Shown here: positions 26,420 through 34,923 of the stretch, in pieces | Layout: every line of letters starts with the position of its first letter | Numbering within the stretch: position 1 is the first letter of the stretch | NCBI GenBank assembly: GCA_021799275.1 | Contig: JAJZAT010000001.1 | Location: forward strand, 161,431-225,430 | Source of the DNA: Bacillota bacterium | GTDB lineage: Bacteria > Bacillota > Sulfobacillia > JAJZYS01 > JAJYTV01 | Reading direction: 5' to 3' | Length of the DNA: 64,000 nt | The notes under the pieces: model-generated | What the model saw: the letters and a program-made list of their open reading frames with translations, nothing else | The model's database searches: none | Told to the model about the DNA's origin: nothing | Program-made: the position numbers and the translations under genes

Positions 26420-27217
26420 CTACAGTTCTCTCCTGGCGAAGACTGCCCAGGCGGCCAGGAACGCGACGGCCGCCCAGAGCGCGGCGACCACGACCTGACC
26501 GGCCGGGTAGGTGCCGTGCACCATCAGCGAGCCGGCCGCATCGTAGTCGAAGGGGGTGAGCCGGCGCAGGAACGCGAGGGGCGCGTTCGCCTCCACGAAC
26601 ACCGGGATGAAGATGAAGACGGCCGCGACCGTGACGGTCGTCAGCACGGCATAGGTCTGGTCGCGCAGGAAGAGCGAGATCAGCACGAGCGTACCCGCCA
26701 GGGCTGCCTGGTCGAGCAGCAGCGCGCCCAGGGCCTCGGCGACGCGCAGGTCGCTGACGCTCCGGCCCATGAGGGCTACCGCGACGACCACGGCGACGAA
26801 GATGCCGATGTAGATCAGCGCGAGCTGCAGCACGAGCGAAAGCGAGCGTTCCCAGAGCAGGCGGCCCCGGCGCACCGGCATGGCGAGCAGGAACTCCAGC
26901 GTCCCCTGGTCCACGTCGCGCACCACTACGCTGACGGAGGCCAAGGCGACCCAGATGCCGACGATCAGGGTGATCCAGCCCGAGAGATCGATCGTGCCGA
27001 TCCAGCCCGAAACGCTGAAGACGTTCAAGGCGCCCCCTACGAACTGCAAGAACTGTGGCGGCAGGTTGTGCCATACGGACGTCATCCCGGCGGCGAGCGC
27101 CGGCGTCTGCAGCACGCTGAAGAGGCTGGTCTGCAACACCACGAGCGCGATCACGGCCACGGCCCAGCCGATCAGGGCGGACGCCTCGCGGCGCATGTGG
27201 TGCCGGAAGATCACCAT
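26420..27217 (-). CDS. ABC-2 type permease
   Basis: 6-TM pattern. ATG at 27217 lies 9 nt after GGAGGGAGG and 2 nt after the upstream stop. Confidence 0.7.
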   Translation of the reverse strand: MVIFRHHMRREASALIGWAVAVIALVVLQTSLFSVLQTPALAAGMTSVWHNLPPQFLQFVGGALNVFSVSGWIGTIDLSGWITLIVGIWVALASVSVVVRDVDQGTLEFLLAMPVRRGRLLWERSLSLVLQLALIYIGIFVAVVVAVALMGRSVSDLRVAEALGALLLDQAALAGTLVLISLFLRDQTYAVLTTVTVAAVFIFIPVFVEANAPLAFLRRLTPFDYDAAGSLMVHGTYPAGQVVVAALWAAVAFLAAWAVFARREL

Positions 27218-27219
27218 GC

Positions 27220-28008
27220 TCAGACCTCCCTCCTCTCGAATGTGCGTACCGCGCCATACGTCAGGATGACCGACGCCGCCAGCAGCACCACCGTCGACAG
27301 CCACGGGAAGGCATGCGTCAGCAGGAGGTGGGGCGGATCATAGTAGCCGTACGGCAGGATGTACCGCCAGCCGGGCGCCGCCGTCGCGATGCGCACCGCG
27401 AGGTCGTAGACGAAGGGGATCGCGGCGATGCCGAGCCCGTAGCGGGCCGCCGCCGGGTAGTCCCGCGCCGCGGCACTCGCCCAGAGCGCTCCCGTCGCGG
27501 TGGTCAACGTGACGAGGAAACCGCTGTAGCCGACCAGCACATAGCCCGCGACATCGGGCCGCGTCCCCTCTTGCCCCAGGAAGAAGATCAGGGCCAGCAC
27601 GGTCACGAGCCACATCGCGGCCTGCGACGTGATGAGACCGCTGAGACGCACGAGCAGCAGCCTGCGCCGCGTGACGGGGAGCCCCAGCAGGAAGTCGAAG
27701 CGGCGGTGGTCCAGCTCGCGCGCCAGGAGGGATGAGGCCTGGTACCCGGAGAAGATGCCGATCAGCAGCGGCAGGTACATGAGAAGTTTGATGTAGAGAT
27801 AGCCTTCGAGCGGCCGCTTCGCCATGAGCTCTCCGCCCATCACGGCGCGCAGCGAAGCCGGGAGACTCCCAAGCAGGGTGACGAGGGCGTGGGAGTCCGC
27901 GACGGCGGGCGCCGCCGAGACGACCGTCGCCACGCCCAGCACGACAACGAGGGTCCAGACAAGCCAGGAGACGAGCTGCTGGCGCAAGGCCATGCGATAG
28001 AGGGTCAT
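27220..28008 (-). CDS. ABC-2 type permease
   Basis: 6-TM pattern, with a 4-nt overlap with the upstream ATPase gene. Confidence 0.7.
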   Translation of the reverse strand: MTLYRMALRQQLVSWLVWTLVVVLGVATVVSAAPAVADSHALVTLLGSLPASLRAVMGGELMAKRPLEGYLYIKLLMYLPLLIGIFSGYQASSLLARELDHRRFDFLLGLPVTRRRLLLVRLSGLITSQAAMWLVTVLALIFFLGQEGTRPDVAGYVLVGYSGFLVTLTTATGALWASAAARDYPAAARYGLGIAAIPFVYDLAVRIATAAPGWRYILPYGYYDPPHLLLTHAFPWLSTVVLLAASVILTYGAVRTFERREV

Positions 28009-28892
28009 GACGCGCCGCCTCCGTAGTAGGTCCGGAAGACCTCCTCGAGACTCGGCTCGGCGATCGCGATGTCCAGAGGGGGGTGCTCCGCGAGCAGCCG
28101 GAAGAGTGCCCCGGTATTCCCCGCGATGTGGAACGTCACGGCCCCGTTCTTCACCTCGAGGCCGCGCACCCCTGGCACGCGGGAGAAGTCGGGCGGATCC
28201 CCCCCGTAGCGGAGCTGAACCGCCTTGAGGCGACTGCGCCGCAGGGCCTCGACGGTGTCGACGGCGACCAGGCGACCGTCGCGGATGATCCCGACCCGAT
28301 CGCTGAGGGCCTCCACCTCGGGCAGGACGTGGCTGCTGAAGAAGATCGTCTTGCCACGCCCCTGCTCTTCGCGCAGGAGATCCCTGAAGGCGTCCTGCAC
28401 CAGAGGGTCGAGTCCGCTCGTCGGTTCGTCAAGGAGCAACACCTGCGGATCGTGGGCCATCGCCAGCAGGATGGCCACCTTCTGCCTGTTGCCCCGCGAC
28501 AGCTGACGGATCTTGCGGTCGAGCTCGATATCGAGGCGCATCGCGATCTCCTGCGCGTGGCCGCGCTCGCGGATGCTGCGCAGTTGGAGAGCCAGTTCCA
28601 GGTGCTGGCGTCCCGTCATGTTCTCGTAGAGCGCCGGATCACCCGGCAGGTACCCGGTGACACGGCGCACCTCGACGCTTTCGCGCACGACGTCCCTGCC
28701 CGCGATGCTGGCCCTGCCGCCCGTCGGGTGCGTGAGTCCCAGGAGAGACCGGATCGTCGTCGTCTTGCCTGCCCCATTAGGCCCGAGAAAACCGAAGATC
28801 TCGCCCTCGCCGATGCGGAAGTCGATGCCAAGCACGCCGCGGCCATTCCTGTAGACCTTCTGGAGATTCTCGGCCGCGATCGCCGAGGTCAT
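28005..28892 (-). CDS. ABC transporter ATP-binding protein
   Basis: GPNGAGKTT, LSRGNRQK, VLLLDEP. Start at the internal ATG (MTSAIAAENLQKVY). Confidence 0.9.
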   Translation of the reverse strand: MTSAIAAENLQKVYRNGRGVLGIDFRIGEGEIFGFLGPNGAGKTTTIRSLLGLTHPTGGRASIAGRDVVRESVEVRRVTGYLPGDPALYENMTGRQHLELALQLRSIRERGHAQEIAMRLDIELDRKIRQLSRGNRQKVAILLAMAHDPQVLLLDEPTSGLDPLVQDAFRDLLREEQGRGKTIFFSSHVLPEVEALSDRVGIIRDGRLVAVDTVEALRRSRLKAVQLRYGGDPPDFSRVPGVRGLEVKNGAVTFHIAGNTGALFRLLAEHPPLDIAIAEPSLEEVFRTYYGGGAS

Positions 28893-28918
28893 GACCCCAC
28901 CCCCTGCCTGGTTGCCTT

Positions 28919-28942
28919 GGTGTACTAGCACACTAATACACC
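28919..28942. promoter_or_regulatory. YtrA-type operator candidate GGTGTA-N12-TACACC overlapping a putative promoter
   Basis: Inverted repeat lying 27-50 nt upstream of the first ABC gene. The minus strand shows TTGCGT-17nt-TATTAG overlapping it. It resembles the B. subtilis YtrA site AGTGTA-N13-TACACT (recalled from the literature). Confidence 0.5.
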
Positions 28943-29135
28943 TGTATGGCCTACGACGCAATACGTCCACCCGGCCGCTCTCGACGCAGCCGGACGGGCC
29001 ATGGCCAAAACGGCGCCGATACTGCGCACCTACGCCCGATTCGCGGACGTCCACGGAATGCTACGCTAAACACCGGCCGTTAGCCGCGGGGCGCGACGGC
29101 CCCTACGTTTCTGCCCATGCTGCAGGAGGTAGCCC

Positions 29136-30326
29136 GTGCGCCAGCGGATACCGGGCATCGTCTGGCTGCTCATCGCGGGGGACGGCTTCGCGTCGGCGTT
29201 CCGCTTCCTGGTGATGCCGTTCCTTGCGCTCTACATGCATGCCGTGACCGGCGCGACACCTGCCGTCGTGGGCCTCGTGATCGGCCTGGGAGCCGCGTCG
29301 AACCTCATCGCGAGCTTTCTCCTCGGTCCGCTCTCGGACCGCATCGGCCGCAAGCCCTCGCTGATCTGGGCTACGGCCCTGCAGGTGGCGACCCTGGCCG
29401 GCTTCGCCGTTGCCCACGCCCTCGTGTCCTTCGCGGTGCTGCAGGTCATCTCCGGCATGGTCTGGGCCCTGCAGGGTCCGGCGTACATGGCCCTCCTGAC
29501 CGACCTAACACCGGAGCGCTACCGCACCCGCGTCTTCGGCTTCAACTACTGGGCGGCGAACATCGGCGCGGCGGTCGGGCCGCTCGCCGGCGCCATGATC
29601 GGCGCCGGCCACGCCGCCATGCCCTTCCTTCTGGCGGCAGCGTCGCAGGTGGTGCTCGCCGTGGCGCTCATCCTCTACATCCCATCGGAGGTCGGAGAAC
29701 GGCCGACCGGCGCCAGCGGCCGCGAGAGCCTGCGCTACATGGCGCAAGGCCTGCGTCATCAGGTCCTCCTCTGGGTGTTCCTGGGCACATTCCTCACGAG
29801 TCTCGCCTACAGCCAGATCGAAACGAACCTGGCGCAGTACCTCGGCATGCACTATCCGAACGGCGCGCAGCTCTTTGCCTACGTGATCGCTGCGAACGCC
29901 ATCACCGTCGTGCTGCTCCAGCCGTTCCTCAGCCGCTGGCAGGAAGACCGTCCGATGGTCCTGGGCTTCGCCGTCGGTGCGATCGTCTACGCCATCGCCA
30001 ACGCGCTCTTCATCTTCGCCGTCGCCCCCTGGGCCTGGGTCGGCATCAACGCGTTCTTCACGATCGGCGAGGTGCTGCTGGCGCCGGTCGGGCAGGCCGT
30101 CATCGCGCGCTACGCCCCCGCCGACCAGCGCGCCACCTACTTCGCGTTGCAGAACGTCGTCTTCGGCCTCGCGTTCGCGATCGGTCCGTCGCTCGGCGGC
30201 CTCATCCTCTCCGCAGCCGGCAAGGTGGGCCTCTTCGGCAGCATGGCCCTCGTCAACGTGCTGGCGCTGCTTACGTTCCTCGTCGCCTTCCGCCCGTCGG
30301 GCACAGGACGGGCCCAGGCGATATGA
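29136..30326 (+). CDS. MFS transporter
   Basis: 12-TM pattern, motif A GPLSDRIGRKP. GTG follows AGGAGG. Confidence 0.85.
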   Translation: MRQRIPGIVWLLIAGDGFASAFRFLVMPFLALYMHAVTGATPAVVGLVIGLGAASNLIASFLLGPLSDRIGRKPSLIWATALQVATLAGFAVAHALVSFAVLQVISGMVWALQGPAYMALLTDLTPERYRTRVFGFNYWAANIGAAVGPLAGAMIGAGHAAMPFLLAAASQVVLAVALILYIPSEVGERPTGASGRESLRYMAQGLRHQVLLWVFLGTFLTSLAYSQIETNLAQYLGMHYPNGAQLFAYVIAANAITVVLLQPFLSRWQEDRPMVLGFAVGAIVYAIANALFIFAVAPWAWVGINAFFTIGEVLLAPVGQAVIARYAPADQRATYFALQNVVFGLAFAIGPSLGGLILSAAGKVGLFGSMALVNVLALLTFLVAFRPSGTGRAQAI

Positions 30327-30327
30327 G

Positions 30328-31461
30328 CTAGAGGATGCGGCCGCGACGCGCCCGCTCGAGGACGGCCTGCGGCCAGTCGTCCAGGATTTCGCGCACGTAG
30401 ACGCGCGAGCCGCGGAGTTGGACCTGCCGGCGCTGAATGTCACCGCCGCTGTCCGCCAGCACGACGCAGAGCGGTTGCAGCGGTGCACTGGGGCTGTGCG
30501 CAACCACCTTGGCGAGGGCGCCGTCGGTCAGCCGGACGATTGCGCCATGCGGCACGATCGCCACGTGACGCAGCACGATGGCGCAGGACTTGTTGTCGAG
30601 CGCCACGCCCGCCTCCTCCTGCAAGAGGCCCACGATCTGAGCGGGGCGGAACCGCCGGCGGTGCGGCCGGTCCGAGCGGACGGCCGTCAGGACGTCCGCC
30701 ACGGCGGCGATGCGGGCGAAAAGATAGATGTCGGGTCCCTGGCGGCCTTTGGGGTAACCCGAGCCGTCGAGCCGCTCATGGTGCTGCAGAACGACGCTCG
30801 CGGCCGTGGGCGCCACCGAGGGCAGCCAGCGATGGATGATCTGCCAGCCGGCCCTGGGGTGCCCGAGCATGGCCGTGACGCCGTCGGCGTCAAGGAGTCC
30901 CGGCTGCGAAAGGATGCTCTCCGGCATCCGGCCGAGCCCGACGTCCATCAGCAGGGTGCCGAGGCACAAGCGCAGGAGCTGGTCGCGCGCGAGCGGGTAA
31001 TGCCTGCCGATCTGCACCGCGATCGCCGCCGCCTCGACGGCATGCGCGGCGCGGTCGGTACCGCCGGCGTCCCAGGGCCCGAGGTCCGAGACCTCCGCCT
31101 CCGCCGCCAGTACCTCCTCGACCAGTTTGCGCGCCGCCTGCAGCAGGCGCCGCAGTTCCGCGACCGGCCGTTCCTGGCGAGGGCGGGACAGGGCGGCGGT
31201 GATGTCGGACACGGCCGCGGCGGCTTCGAGGCGAACGTGGACCGGCACCGTGTCAAGCACCGGGAAATCCGGAAAGAGCTCGTCCCTGAGAAAGACATGC
31301 TGGACGCCGCGCGAAAGCAGGGCCGCCACGTCGCGCCGGTCCAGACGCACGCCTGCTGCCACCAGCAGTCCCGTGCCGTCCGGTCCGGCGATGTCGACGG
31401 CGACCTCGCGTCCGACCATGGCTTCCGTCAGGAGGTAACGCTGCACGTCATGCCCTCCCAT
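30328..31461 (-). CDS. HD-GYP paralog with degenerate HD dyad
   Basis: LLMDVGLGRMP replaces LHDIGK. HHERLDGSGYP is retained. AVADVLTA replaces AAADVFDA. The start is either ATG at 31461 or GTG at 31446 (GGGAGGG 8 nt upstream). Confidence 0.8.
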   Translation of the reverse strand: MGGHDVQRYLLTEAMVGREVAVDIAGPDGTGLLVAAGVRLDRRDVAALLSRGVQHVFLRDELFPDFPVLDTVPVHVRLEAAAAVSDITAALSRPRQERPVAELRRLLQAARKLVEEVLAAEAEVSDLGPWDAGGTDRAAHAVEAAAIAVQIGRHYPLARDQLLRLCLGTLLMDVGLGRMPESILSQPGLLDADGVTAMLGHPRAGWQIIHRWLPSVAPTAASVVLQHHERLDGSGYPKGRQGPDIYLFARIAAVADVLTAVRSDRPHRRRFRPAQIVGLLQEEAGVALDNKSCAIVLRHVAIVPHGAIVRLTDGALAKVVAHSPSAPLQPLCVVLADSGGDIQRRQVQLRGSRVYVREILDDWPQAVLERARRGRIL

Positions 31462-31534
31462 CGCATGGTAACGTCCTTGGCCACCGTGTGAATATGGCGC
31501 TGGCGTCAATATCGGAAGGGCCGTGCCAAGCCAG

Positions 31535-31568
31535 GCGCCGACCCTGCCGGGTATGGCCGGGTCGGCGC
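31535..31568 (-). terminator. terminator-like hairpin after pspAA
   Basis: GCGCCGACCC-14nt-GGGTCGGCGC, a 10-bp stem with no clear T tail. Confidence 0.45.
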
Positions 31569-31591
31569 GTATGTTCAGGAGAAGGCCGGGG

Positions 31592-31858
31592 TCAGGCGTG
31601 CTGCGTGAAGTAGGCGCGCGCCTCCTCGAGCGTGATGTCGGCTGGCGGCAGGACAAGGTCCGACTCGCGCAGCACCTCAGCCGGGAGCATCCGGCCCTCC
31701 GCGCGCACCAGCGCGAGCAGCGCATCCCGCCGCTGCGCGAAGCCCTGCTCGTCACCGGCCGTCAGCCGCTCCATCAGCTCGTCGTCGAGCCTGCGCAGAT
31801 CCGTGAGCGCCGAGGGCGGTAGCTCGTACTGCCCTTCGTGCAGGATGCGGGCGATCAC
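31592..31858 (-). CDS. PspA-associated protein PspAA-like
   Basis: MIARILHEGQYELPPSALTDLRRLDDELMERLTAGDEQGF...LVLPPADITLEEARAYF matches the PspAA pattern from memory. 4-nt overlap with pspA. Confidence 0.65.
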   Translation of the reverse strand: MIARILHEGQYELPPSALTDLRRLDDELMERLTAGDEQGFAQRRDALLALVRAEGRMLPAEVLRESDLVLPPADITLEEARAYFTQHA

Positions 31859-32571
31859 TTGGGGTCACCCGCCGCGATCTTGGCCTTGAGGGCCTCCAGG
31901 TCGTCCTCGACCTGCGACGCCTGCTGCGTCTTGCGCAGCTCCTTTTCCACAGGGTCCTCGCCCGGCGTCGCCAGGGCGTCCTCCAAGACACCCTTGTCCG
32001 TAAGCTCGTCGATGGCCTGCGCCCTCGCCCGCATGCGCTCGGTCTTGTCCTGGGCGCGCTGGACCGAGAGCCCTACATCCGCCAGCTCCTCGGAAAGTCC
32101 TGTCGAGGCCTCGCCCATCTTGACCTGCGCCTGCGCCGTCGTGTACTGGGCCTTGATGACCTCCTTCTGGGCGCGGAACGCCGCGATCTTCGTCTCGAGG
32201 CGCCGCGCGTTCTCTTCCATCTTGTCTTCCTGCGACTTGAGCTCGGCGATCTGGGCGTCGAGGCCGCCCGACTGCGTCGCAAGCGCGGCCTTGCGCTCCA
32301 GGGCCTGGCGCGCCAGGTCCTCGCGCCCCGCCTTGAGCGCCGCCTCGGCCTCGCTCTGGTACTTGTCCATGTCGGCCTGCAGCCGGACCTTCTGCAGTTC
32401 GATCTGCTTGCGTGCGGTCACGGCGTCGGCGAGGCTGCGCTTCACCTGCTGCAGCATCTCCATCTGACGCTCGTAGGAGTAGTCGAGGGTCTGGCGGGGG
32501 TCCTCCGCGGCGTCAAGCGCGGCGGAAACCTTGGACTTGAAAATCGTTGACATGCGAGACATCAGCCCCAT
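31855..32571 (-). CDS. pspA: PspA/IM30 family protein
   Basis: SKVSAALDAAEDPRQTLDYSYERQMEMLQQVKRSLADAVTARKQIE... is a long coiled-coil typical of PspA. Confidence 0.9.
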   Translation of the reverse strand: MGLMSRMSTIFKSKVSAALDAAEDPRQTLDYSYERQMEMLQQVKRSLADAVTARKQIELQKVRLQADMDKYQSEAEAALKAGREDLARQALERKAALATQSGGLDAQIAELKSQEDKMEENARRLETKIAAFRAQKEVIKAQYTTAQAQVKMGEASTGLSEELADVGLSVQRAQDKTERMRARAQAIDELTDKGVLEDALATPGEDPVEKELRKTQQASQVEDDLEALKAKIAAGDPK

Positions 32572-32613
32572 GTCTGCTCCCTTCCTCTCCCAGTCCCACT
32601 TCGATCCGCATCC

Positions 32614-32622
32614 AATATAGCA
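32614..32622 (-). promoter_or_regulatory. putative extended -10 element TGcTATATT for pspA
   Basis: Read on the minus strand, about 43 nt upstream of the pspA ATG. Confidence 0.3.
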
Positions 32623-32690
32623 CGCGCCGGAAGGGCGACGCGGCTCACGCGGGCGTCGCCCGGGAACACTTCGGCCTGGAGGCGGTGGCG

Positions 32691-33935
32691 TTGTTCGAAC
32701 TCTTGCGGGGGGCGGAGTGCTTCTGCCCCAAACCGCTGGGGCGGCAGGACGTGCTGATCGCGGACGACACCATCGTCCGCATCGCGCCGAACATCGAGCC
32801 CGACCGCGGCATCCTCCCGGATCTCAGGGTGCACGATCTGCGCGGCCGCCTGCTCGTACCCGGGTTCATCGACATGCATGTGCACATCGCCGGTGGCGGT
32901 GGCGAGGGCGGCTTCCAGCACCGTACTCCGCCGATCGATCCGAAGGCCCTGGGACCGCATGGCACGACCGGCGTCGTGGGACTCCTCGGTACGGACGGCG
33001 TCACCCGCTCGGTGGCGGACCTTCTGGCGGAGGCCCGCCGCCTGACGGCGCTCGGCCTCACGGCCCACATCCTCACAGGCGCCTATCAGCTGCCGACGCG
33101 CACGCTCACGGGCAGCGTTCGCTCGGACATCCTCTTTCTCCCGGAAGTGCTCGGCGCCGGCGAGATCGCCGTCGCCGACGACCGCGGCAGCCACCCGTCC
33201 GGCCAAGATCTCGTGTCGATCGGAGCGGAAGTCCGGGTCGGGGCCCTGCTCGCGGGCAAGAAGGGCATCCTCCACATCCATGTGGGCGACGGGGAACGGC
33301 GCCTTGAGGCGGTGCGCGACGCCCTGCGCCGCACCGCCCTGCCGGAGGATCTCTTTTCCGCGACCCATCTCAATCGCAACCCGGACCTGTTCGCGGAGGC
33401 CGCGGACCTGACGCGCATGGGCGCCTACGCCGACGTCACGGCAGGCATCTTCCCCGCGCCCGGAGACCGGCGCCCTGTCGACCCGGGCGAAGCCCTGGCC
33501 GAACTCCTGCATCGCGGGCACCCCGAGCGCGTCACCATGAGCTCGGACGGCCAGGGCTCGTCGCCCGTCTTCGACCAAGAGGGCAAGCTGGTGGGCCTCG
33601 GCATCGGACAGGCCTCGCGACTGCACTGGGCCCTGCGGCGCGCCGTGCTGAAGTACGGCGCGCCCTTCGAACTCGCACTCTCGACCATCACGTCGCACGC
33701 GGCCGCCGCGCTCGGACTGCCCAGGCGTGGCGGCATCGAGTCCGGCTGGCAGGCGGACCTCGTCGCGCTGGACGACGACCTCCAGGTGCGCGAGGTGTTC
33801 GCCCGCGGGCGGCTGTGCGCCAGGGACGGTCACTGGCTGCTGCCCGACCCCTTCCAGACCCCGGACTCGGCAAAGGGCCTGAGGAGACTCGCGAAGACCA
33901 AGAGCCGGTCACCCGAGGGCGCGTACGGCAGCTGA
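32691..33935 (+). CDS. iadA: isoaspartyl dipeptidase (beta-aspartyl peptidase)
   Basis: FELLRGAECFCP...LVPGFIDMHVHIAGGGGEGG...GAGEIAVADDR...LHIHVGDG. TTG at 32691 lies 8 nt after GGAGG. Confidence 0.85.
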   Translation: MFELLRGAECFCPKPLGRQDVLIADDTIVRIAPNIEPDRGILPDLRVHDLRGRLLVPGFIDMHVHIAGGGGEGGFQHRTPPIDPKALGPHGTTGVVGLLGTDGVTRSVADLLAEARRLTALGLTAHILTGAYQLPTRTLTGSVRSDILFLPEVLGAGEIAVADDRGSHPSGQDLVSIGAEVRVGALLAGKKGILHIHVGDGERRLEAVRDALRRTALPEDLFSATHLNRNPDLFAEAADLTRMGAYADVTAGIFPAPGDRRPVDPGEALAELLHRGHPERVTMSSDGQGSSPVFDQEGKLVGLGIGQASRLHWALRRAVLKYGAPFELALSTITSHAAAALGLPRRGGIESGWQADLVALDDDLQVREVFARGRLCARDGHWLLPDPFQTPDSAKGLRRLAKTKSRSPEGAYGS

Positions 33936-34585
33936 ACGTCGCCCCTGCCCCCGGCCTGCCCGATGACGGCGGCCGGCCTGGGCCCGCGCACGTCGCTCTC
34001 GAGCGGACCGCGCACGGCGACAGGTGTCGCCCTGAAGGCGTCCAGCACCGCGCCGAGGCGCGGATCGCCCAGTGGCGGCAGGTCCAGGAGTAGGTAGTTC
34101 GGCCTCCCCCAGACGACGTCCTCGCGAAAGCGCCGGAGCACCGTCTCGAGTCCCTGTCCCTGCCAGGGCAAAGGTCCCTCGTCCGGCCAGAAGGTGGCGA
34201 GCGACTGCACCCGGACGCCCTGCCAGGGCATGGTCAGCACAAGATTCTGCACCAGAAGCGGCGGCTGGTCGAGCAAAAGTCTGCGACGCAGGGCCGGCGC
34301 GCCGAGATCGGCGTCGAGAATCGCGACGGAGTGGCCGAGACCCTGCAGCGCGAGCGCCAGGGCCAGAACGGCCGTGGTCCGCCCGCTGCCCGCTCCCCCG
34401 TAAAGCCCCAGCACCTCGACGTCGCCGAGCCCGCCCACCTCCCGTCGCAGCGCGCCGACAAGCGCCGCAGGGTCGCGAGCCGCCTCGACCGTGAACGCTT
34501 CGCCGCACTCCTCGCGGCAGGCGTCGAGAAACGCCGCGTGCCATGGACTCTGAGGTTCGGGCAGCTCAAGGACGTCATCGTGCAC
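33830..34585 (-). CDS. Mrp/MinD/ParA-like P-loop protein with degenerate Walker A
   Basis: LGLYGGAGSGRTTAVLALALALQGLGHSVAILDADLGAPAL aligns to SGKGGVGKST...LDAD-x-GPS, but both lysines are replaced (G and R). Confidence 0.6.
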   Translation of the reverse strand: MHDDVLELPEPQSPWHAAFLDACREECGEAFTVEAARDPAALVGALRREVGGLGDVEVLGLYGGAGSGRTTAVLALALALQGLGHSVAILDADLGAPALRRRLLLDQPPLLVQNLVLTMPWQGVRVQSLATFWPDEGPLPWQGQGLETVLRRFREDVVWGRPNYLLLDLPPLGDPRLGAVLDAFRATPVAVRGPLESDVRGPRPAAVIGQAGGRGDVQLPYAPSGDRLLVFASLLRPFAESGVWKGSGSSQ

Positions 34586-34780
34586 CAGACCGAGCCGGTC
34601 CGGCGACGCCAGCAGGAGCGGGTGGCGGGGCCAGTTGCGGTCGATCGCGATCGCCTCCCATCAGCTCCGTGCAGACTTCCCGCAGCGAGGCGCGGCATCC
34701 TGCAGCGACGCCTGGTTTCGGCATGTCCATATGGACGCACGCCATAGGTCTGATCGGGCCTCTACTGGTGACGTTTTCAC

Positions 34781-34809
34781 TTGGCATTTGGCCACATATT
34801 CGGTATCCT
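34781..34809 (+). promoter_or_regulatory. putative sigmaA-type promoter of the cta operon (TTGGCA-17-TATCCT)
   Basis: Located in an AT-richer spacer about 115 nt upstream of the ctaC TTG. Confidence 0.3.
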
Positions 34810-34923
34810 TGCGGAGACATGATTGGGCCACATGGTCCTGCTCCAAGTGGCGGGCGTCGTCGCCTGCTCTGGAGCGAAGGCTCCGGTGGCCGCCCATCGC
34901 GCAAGATCGGAGGGCGGAGATCT

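Noticed and set aside
34819-34923. Leaderless ATG (MIGPHG...) as the ctaC start, directly after the putative -10 box
   Set aside because: It would add an Arg/Gly-rich extension of about 35 aa in front of a classical lipoprotein signal peptide. TTG at 34924 with GGAGGG 9 nt upstream gives a normal signal peptide.
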